Positions 58,708 to 64,000 of a DNA stretch of 64,000 nucleotides are shown in pieces. How positions within the stretch are numbered: the stretch's first letter is position 1; every line of letters starts with the position of its first letter. Below the pieces are notes generated by a model that worked only from the letters and a program-made list of their open reading frames with translations, made no database searches and was not told the DNA's origin. A program made the translations under genes and the position numbers. Source of the stretch: an uncultured Bacteriovoracaceae bacterium (lineage in GTDB: Bacteria > Bdellovibrionota > Bacteriovoracia > Bacteriovoracales > Bacteriovoracaceae); NCBI GenBank assembly GCA_964012805.1, contig CAXGUD010000010.1, positions 48,793-112,792 on the forward strand, written 5' to 3'.

Positions 58708-59877
58708 TTAGGAATTCAGTCTCAAAGAAATAATAAATTGGGTATTTTCCGCTTCTGGATTCAACCTAAAAACGCCTCCATGTTCCTCTACAATTCCTTT
58801 GCACACACTTAAGCCTAGACCAATCGCAGATTCACCTTTTTCCATCTCGTGAGTTGTAAAGAAAGGAATCATAATTTTACTTTGTATTTCTTTAGGTATT
58901 CCCTCACCACTATCAGTGAAATAAATAGTTAATTGATTATCATTTATTTCAAAATTAATTTTTATCCATCTTTCTTCTAAATTCTTAATGGCTTCCATTG
59001 AGTTTTTTATTAAATTAAAGAAGACTTGAATAAACATTCCCTCTCTTCCTTTAATAAAAACATCTGATTTAAGGTTCTGAGAAATAAAACTTATCCCCAA
59101 ATCACTCAGAGTTGTTTGGCATATAGATAAAGTCGTCTGAAGTACACTTTGAATAGAAAGGTCTTGAACCTCTTCTCCCCCTCCCTCTTTTGCGAAAGCA
59201 CTTAGTCCCCTAACGACACTTTCAACTCTAAGAACTGACTGAAAAATATTATCCAAACCAACAAGAATTTTCTCTTTTGAAGAACCTTTTTCTACAGAAT
59301 TATTTAACAATTGAACCCAACCAAGAATAATAGTTAGAGGGTTGTTAATTTCGTGTGCAACACTTCCTGCCATGTCTACAAGGGTTCCCATCCGAGCATG
59401 CTCTATAGATTCCTGCCTCTTTTTTTCCAAGTCTTCGTTTAGCCTCTTTATTGTCAAGTGAGTTCTTATTCTTGCCCAAGTAACCTTAAAATCTATCGGC
59501 TTTGTAATATAATCATTGGCCCCCTTATCAAAAGCACTCACAATATTACTACTTTCCAATTGAGCTGTAGTCATAATCACAGGTAATTCAATAGCGCTAT
59601 GTTTTTTTCTGACGAAGTCCAATATTTCTAAACCGGTAATTTCAGGCATTACGAGGTCTAGAAGAACTAAGTCAAAAGTATGAGATTTTAAAAGCTCTAA
59701 GGCTTCCTTTGGATTAGTTGTGATTGTTGTTTTGAAGCCCTTCTTTTGAAGTCTTATCTCAAGAACTTTAAGGTTAATTTCATTATCATCTACAAGAAGA
59801 GCTCTTTGTCCAAGAAACTCTTGATACCCTAATGAACTTCCACCTGAATAAGAATCGTCTCCATTTTCTCTATTCAT
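58708..59877 (-). CDS. Hybrid REC-HisKA-HATPase histidine kinase, cytoplasmic, no sensor domain
   Basis: LVDD, LLDLVMP, DYITKP; AHEINNPL; NLIKNS, DSGEG, PFFTT, GLGLS. Confidence 0.92.
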   Translation of the reverse strand: MNRENGDDSYSGGSSLGYQEFLGQRALLVDDNEINLKVLEIRLQKKGFKTTITTNPKEALELLKSHTFDLVLLDLVMPEITGLEILDFVRKKHSAIELPVIMTTAQLESSNIVSAFDKGANDYITKPIDFKVTWARIRTHLTIKRLNEDLEKKRQESIEHARMGTLVDMAGSVAHEINNPLTIILGWVQLLNNSVEKGSSKEKILVGLDNIFQSVLRVESVVRGLSAFAKEGGGEEVQDLSIQSVLQTTLSICQTTLSDLGISFISQNLKSDVFIKGREGMFIQVFFNLIKNSMEAIKNLEERWIKINFEINDNQLTIYFTDSGEGIPKEIQSKIMIPFFTTHEMEKGESAIGLGLSVCKGIVEEHGGVFRLNPEAENTQFIISLRLNS

Positions 59878-59920
59878 TTATTACTTTTCTCGCTTCAGAC
59901 AATCTCAAACTACGAACACC

Positions 59921-59947
59921 TCTTCGGTGTTAAAAAATATAACCTTA
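59921..59947 (-). promoter_or_regulatory. Putative sigma-28-like promoter for the hybrid kinase
   Basis: Minus strand TAAG-N15-ACCGAAGA; overlaps the palindrome AACACC-N5-GGTGTT at 59915-59931. Confidence 0.4.
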
Positions 59948-59972
59948 CAAATGAAAATTATTTTAAATGGAT

Positions 59973-60500
59973 CTAAATTCTTTCGAAAGAGTTTGAAGCT
60001 AAGTACAGCTTCTTATTTTCCAAATAAGATTTATAGTGACTACCGAAGTTTGTAGACTCCTCTGAGGTTAAATCTCTTTCCCTTCTTCCTGGAACCCCTC
60101 TTATGAAACTATTGGGAGGATACTTTTTTCCAGGAGGAATCAAACTTCCTGCAGCAACTAAAGAGTTTGCTCCAATAACAGCACCATCCATAATAGTAGA
60201 GCCCATTCCTATTAAGCAGTTGTTTCCTACTACACATCCATGCAAGGTCACTCTATGCCCAACAGTTACTTCCTTACCAATTATTAAGGGAAAACCAGAA
60301 GAAACGTGCAGCATTGAAAAATCTTGAATATTTGTTCTATCACCAACTTGAATTTGATCAACATCCCCTCTGACAATTGAATTAAACCAAATACTGACAT
60401 CATCACCTATTATTGCATTACCAATTACCTTGGAATCAGGCGCAAAGAAACAGCCCTCTCCAATGCTAGGAATATAATGGCCAAGTTTATAAATAGACAT
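59973..60500 (-). CDS. Gamma carbonic anhydrase-family protein (YrdA/CaiE-like)
   Basis: IWF..VRGDV, NIQD..MLH, VGH.VTLHGC; hexapeptide repeats. Confidence 0.92.
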   Translation of the reverse strand: MSIYKLGHYIPSIGEGCFFAPDSKVIGNAIIGDDVSIWFNSIVRGDVDQIQVGDRTNIQDFSMLHVSSGFPLIIGKEVTVGHRVTLHGCVVGNNCLIGMGSTIMDGAVIGANSLVAAGSLIPPGKKYPPNSFIRGVPGRRERDLTSEESTNFGSHYKSYLENKKLYLASNSFERI

Positions 60501-60532
60501 AATGACAGCTGAGAGTGAATTCCCCCATCAAG

Positions 60533-61003
60533 TTATTTCCAAGGAAGCTTAGCAACATACGCCGATATATCGCTTATATCTTGTGGGCTAAGGTTTTTAA
60601 CGTAAGGCATCATAACTTTGTTAACTCTTATACCCTTTTGAATGTTAACTACCTGCTCTTCAAGATACCAAGCATATTGACCAGCAATTTTGGGTGCTTT
60701 TTGCGCAGGCTTCCCTTCACCATACTTGCCATGGCAGACAATACATTTTGCGTAGAGTTTCTTTCCATTTTTGAGCTCTTCTGTATCAAGTACAACAACA
60801 GCTCCAGTGGCTACTGGAGCCTGAGCAACAGCTTTCTTTTTCTTTTTTACAGGGTTTATAGCAGCTTTAAACTTTTTCCAATCCTTCTCTTCTTCAACAT
60901 AATTAAATCTCTTATTGGAAACAGCCTCTTCTTTAAACTTTCTTAAGCTTAGAATACCTATCAAACTTATCACAGAGATAGCAAAAACAATTAACCTGGT
61001 CAT
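60533..61003 (-). CDS. Membrane-anchored c-type cytochrome (c553/c4-like monoheme)
   Basis: CIVCHG heme motif, APKIAGQ..YL, distal Met in VMMP; N-terminal TM. Confidence 0.9.
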   Translation of the reverse strand: MTRLIVFAISVISLIGILSLRKFKEEAVSNKRFNYVEEEKDWKKFKAAINPVKKKKKAVAQAPVATGAVVVLDTEELKNGKKLYAKCIVCHGKYGEGKPAQKAPKIAGQYAWYLEEQVVNIQKGIRVNKVMMPYVKNLSPQDISDISAYVAKLPWK

Positions 61004-61141
61004 GGATTCTCCCCGCCCAATTTTAGTGAAGTAACGATGCTCTCAAAAGCCCAAGAAAACGATCTTTACGGGTCAGATTATAATTTATTGCCGTATAAAA
61101 GGCAACAAATGGTTGATAACTCTGCCCTTCAAATAAACTCT

Positions 61142-61702
61142 TTAACAAATAATATTGCGTTCCCAATCAGATACTGACAAAAAAGTCTCAACTATTCCCC
61201 TATGACTTTCTGCTAAAAAGCCCTCCTTAACCAAGTGGTCCAAATGAAGAAGCAAGTTATCAAAAAAGCCATTCAAATTTAAAATATGTACTGGTTTTTT
61301 ATGAATGTCTAACTGGTTCCACGTCAGAACCTCGAAAAACTCATCCAAAGTTCCAAACCCTCCTGGCAAAGCTAAAAATAAGTCTGAATAATCATAAATA
61401 GCTTTTTTCCTTTCGTGCATATCATCTACTTTAATGAGCTTACTCAAGCCTGTGTGGGCCACCTCCAATTCTAAAATCTGCTTTGGAATGACACCGATAA
61501 CATTACCACCATTTTTTATTACAGAATCTGCAATTGCACCCATCAAACCTATTTTTGCACCGCCATAAACCAAACCTATGCTTAGTTCAGCAAGCCTACG
61601 ACCTAATGAGACTGCTAACTCTGTATAAGAACCACTTGCACCATTTTTAGACCCACAAAAAACCCCTACTCTATTAAAACGATTTCCCAAAAGGCCCTCC
61701 AC
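61142..61702 (-). CDS. LOG-family nucleotide phosphoribohydrolase (TIGR00730-like)
   Basis: VFCGS, LVYGG..GLMG, MHERK, PGGFGTLDE. Confidence 0.92.
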   Translation of the reverse strand: MEGLLGNRFNRVGVFCGSKNGASGSYTELAVSLGRRLAELSIGLVYGGAKIGLMGAIADSVIKNGGNVIGVIPKQILELEVAHTGLSKLIKVDDMHERKKAIYDYSDLFLALPGGFGTLDEFFEVLTWNQLDIHKKPVHILNLNGFFDNLLLHLDHLVKEGFLAESHRGIVETFLSVSDWERNIIC

Positions 61703-62479
61703 TTATAATTCTTTAAAGCGTGAAATTAATTGTTTTCTTTCCAGCTTACCTTTCTCACATTCAGACCTACTCAAAAGAAAAAAGTACTCTTGATTGCCCT
61801 TTTTCCCCTGGATTGAAGACGGTAAAAAATTTTCTATATAAATTCTTCTTTCAAAACACCAATCAAAAAGCTCAAGTAAAACCTCTAACCTAACACCAGG
61901 ATCTTTTACGACTCCCTTTTTTCCCACCTTATCCAGACCTGCCTCAAATTGGGGTTTGACAAGTACAAGCACTCTTCCCTCTTCGTGAAGAAGTTTGAAC
62001 ACCTCTTCTAAAACCAGCTTCAAAGAGATAAATGATAAATCAACAACACAGAAATCAACCTTCTCAGGGAGGTCTAAGCCGTTTTTAATATTTATTCCTT
62101 CATAATTAATAACTCTTTTATCTTCTCGAAGCTCATTGGCCAGCTGGTCCTTCCCAACATCAATGGCATAAACTTTTTTTGCTCCCCTTCTCAAAACAAC
62201 ATCAGTAAACCCTCCAGTAGATGCTCCAACATCAGCGATTAACCGATCTTTCAAATTCAACTTCATTTGCTCTAAAACACCCTCTAATTTATCTCCACCT
62301 CTTCCAACGAAGGTTTTTTCTTTTTTTACCTCGATTTCTTCCGTATCTACTAAGAAACCTGGCTTTTCAACTTTTTGTCCTTTATAAAAAACAACCCCTT
62401 CCTTTATAAGAAGCCTTGATTGAGACCTAGTTGTTGCATACTTGAGTTTTACAAGAACAATATCGATTCTTTCATTCAT
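61703..62479 (-). CDS. tlyA: TlyA-family rRNA 2'-O-methyltransferase
   Basis: S4 domain ERID..TRSQ, GGDKL, DVGASTGGFTD, DLSFISL, LVKPQFEAG, G.KGNQE. Confidence 0.93.
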   Translation of the reverse strand: MNERIDIVLVKLKYATTRSQSRLLIKEGVVFYKGQKVEKPGFLVDTEEIEVKKEKTFVGRGGDKLEGVLEQMKLNLKDRLIADVGASTGGFTDVVLRRGAKKVYAIDVGKDQLANELREDKRVINYEGINIKNGLDLPEKVDFCVVDLSFISLKLVLEEVFKLLHEEGRVLVLVKPQFEAGLDKVGKKGVVKDPGVRLEVLLELFDWCFERRIYIENFLPSSIQGKKGNQEYFFLLSRSECEKGKLERKQLISRFKEL

Positions 62480-62487
62480 AAGAAAAA

Positions 62488-62922
62488 TTAAATTATTTTG
62501 GGTTGGATAGATATCTCAATTTGCTGATCTTTACCTTTTTCGTAGGTGACTTTCTTTATCTCCCCAAGACCCACAGAAAAAGTCTCACTAGATTTGGGCT
62601 GAAAGATCTCACCGGACTTCAAATTTAACTTTGCAGTTACTACAACCTTTTTACTCGGCCCATAGACCTCACCAGGTTCTAGAAATTTCAACTCTAAGGT
62701 CAGTACCATCCCATGGTTTAAAGAAATATTTTTTCTTTGCCCAACACTCACCTCTTCTCTTGAATAAACTTCACTTACCAAAGTCAAACTTTTATCCAAG
62801 CCTCTCTTGTGAACAACCCCCAAGTTAAGCGTCAGACTACCAAATGATAAGGAAGAGAATAAAAAACAACAAAAGAAAAAGCTCAGCTGAACTAGCAATT
62901 TAGGCTTTAATATTATTTTCAT
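62488..62922 (-). CDS. Hypothetical exported beta-rich protein
   Basis: Signal peptide; lies in the dapF-tlyA-LOG run on the same strand. Confidence 0.6.
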   Translation of the reverse strand: MKIILKPKLLVQLSFFFCCFLFSSLSFGSLTLNLGVVHKRGLDKSLTLVSEVYSREEVSVGQRKNISLNHGMVLTLELKFLEPGEVYGPSKKVVVTAKLNLKSGEIFQPKSSETFSVGLGEIKKVTYEKGKDQQIEISIQPKII

Positions 62923-62996
62923 AACTACATACTTTTTAATGAGGTACCCACTATTTCAATGCCCCCAAAAGCTTTTAACACCTAACCTAAGTTTAT

Positions 62997-63812
62997 TCAT
63001 TTTATCTCGTAAGAACAACTCAATATTTTTTTGACTTCTCCACAAAGAAAAACATCTTTATATTCCTTGGTGAATTCAATAGTTAGGTCACCACCTCTCA
63101 TTACAACATCTACTTGATTTTCCCAACCATAGCGCTTTGACAAAGCAATCGCTGTAGCCGTTGCTCCAGTGCCGCACGAAAGTGTCTCACCCTCAACACC
63201 TCTCTCAAAGGTTCTTAAATTAACTAGGGCTTCTCCTTTTTTCTCGTAAAAATTAACATTACACCCTTCAGGAAAAAGCGGATCTCTTCTTATAATTTCA
63301 CCCCATCTTTGAATATCAAAGGACTCAAGGTTCTCCACTTCAAAAACACAATGAGGCACGCCAGTATTTAAATAAAACCCAAAAGAAAACTTATTAAACT
63401 TACCAAGATCCTTTTTCCCTATATCAAAAAGCTCAGTCATTTGAACCTTGACTGACCCGCCTTCTTCAATAAAGCCATTATAAACTCCGTTAAGAGTCTC
63501 AACTCTGTAACACTTATCAATAGGAATCTTTACTTCAAAGTAAGCATAATGGCAGATGGCCCTTAAGCCATTTCCACACATTTCTACTTCTGTTCCATCA
63601 GCATTAATAGTTCTCATTTTAAAATCAAAATCTTGAGACTCCTCAAGAAGAATCACTCCATCTGTCGAAAAGCCATTTTCTTTCGCGCAAAGCTGCCCAA
63701 CCAAAGAGTTCTTTATCAATTTTTCTAGAGGAAAAACTCTCTTGCGGTTATCAAATAAAATGAAGCTGTTTCCAGTTGCTTCATACTTAAAAAGCTTTAT
63801 TTTCAAGGACAT
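62997..63812 (-). CDS. dapF: Diaminopimelate epimerase
   Basis: GNSF, NADG..EMCGNG, TGVPH, NVNF, RTFERGVEGETLSCGTG; both catalytic Cys present. Confidence 0.95.
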   Translation of the reverse strand: MSLKIKLFKYEATGNSFILFDNRKRVFPLEKLIKNSLVGQLCAKENGFSTDGVILLEESQDFDFKMRTINADGTEVEMCGNGLRAICHYAYFEVKIPIDKCYRVETLNGVYNGFIEEGGSVKVQMTELFDIGKKDLGKFNKFSFGFYLNTGVPHCVFEVENLESFDIQRWGEIIRRDPLFPEGCNVNFYEKKGEALVNLRTFERGVEGETLSCGTGATATAIALSKRYGWENQVDVVMRGGDLTIEFTKEYKDVFLCGEVKKILSCSYEIK

Positions 63813-63852
63813 AAGGAGGTTCCTGTCATCTAAAAAAAGGCCTGGTTTTTTA

Positions 63853-63881
63853 TTGCCAATAATTGAGGTTAAAGATATAAC
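63853..63881 (+). promoter_or_regulatory. Sigma-70 promoter of the CAT tRNA
   Basis: TTGCCA-N17-TATAAC. Confidence 0.55.
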
Positions 63882-63919
63882 AGAGCCCCTTTGAGAATAA
63901 AAGGAACTTTGACAGATTT

Positions 63920-63996
63920 GGGACCATAGCTCAGTTGGTTAGAGCTCCCGGCTCATAACCGGGCGGTCGAAGGTTCAAATCCTTCTGGTCCCACCA
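63920..63996 (+). tRNA. tRNA with CAT anticodon, most likely tRNA-Ile2 (lysidine type) rather than Met
   Basis: GGGACCA..TAGCTCAGTTGGTTAGAGC..CCCGG-CT-CAT-AA-CCGGG..GGTTCAAATCC..TGGTCCC-A-CCA; paired G1-C72, so not fMet. Confidence 0.92.
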
Positions 63997-64000
63997 CTTT

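Noticed and set aside
60515..60946. 143-aa plus-strand ORF
   Set aside because: Antisense to the cytochrome c gene, which has a clear CxxCH motif
61703..62479. Hemolysin or virulence factor
   Set aside because: TlyA motifs indicate an S4 plus FtsJ-type rRNA methyltransferase; nothing in the sequence supports a toxin role
516..62828. Remaining short (60-110 aa) alternative-frame ORFs nested in or antisense to longer genes
   Set aside because: Each overlaps a CDS with convincing family motifs or operon context and shows no recognisable motif of its own
62972..62990. DtxR/IdeR box (CCTAACCTAA)
   Set aside because: Only one half-site matches TTAGGTTAGCCTAACCTAA, and the neighbours are not metal-uptake genes

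Overview
AT-rich, gene-dense bacterial chromosomal segment with about 55 credible CDS and 3 tRNAs (Leu-TAG, His-GTG, and a CAT tRNA that looks like Ile2). I saw no integrase, transposase, phage gene, CRISPR array or rRNA. Gene content and style (many secreted Cys-rich hypotheticals and beta-barrels, peptide uptake and catabolism, FliA-like promoters, DUF4360, MltD) suggest a predatory Bdellovibrionota such as Bacteriovoracia/Halobacteriovorax; this is inference, not a database result. Recognisable housekeeping content: oppABCDF, cystathionine beta-synthase and gamma-lyase, ahcY, thrB, rpiB, pfkA, gdh, nadA plus a cysteine desulfurase, dapF, tlyA, RNA-modifying enzymes, and M3 and M28 peptidases. 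The two best candidates for undescribed systems are (1) a translationally coupled SUV3-like helicase / DUF455 ferritin-like di-iron protein / ATP-grasp operon followed by a hyper-acidic membrane protein (19.4-25.1 kb), and (2) a PhaR-like regulator / outer-membrane barrel / tandem asymmetric Get3-ArsA ATPase pair / CBS-CGL operon (10.9-16.5 kb). Other oddities are a probable pseudo-PP2C divergent from an HD-GYP gene, a possible cryptic LolB, a Slam-like TPR-barrel, an orphan PD-(D/E)XK protein, a stand-alone ComM N-domain, an orphan ParAB pair and an FGE-fold/Cys-rich lipoprotein pair. All family calls come from motif recognition by eye.
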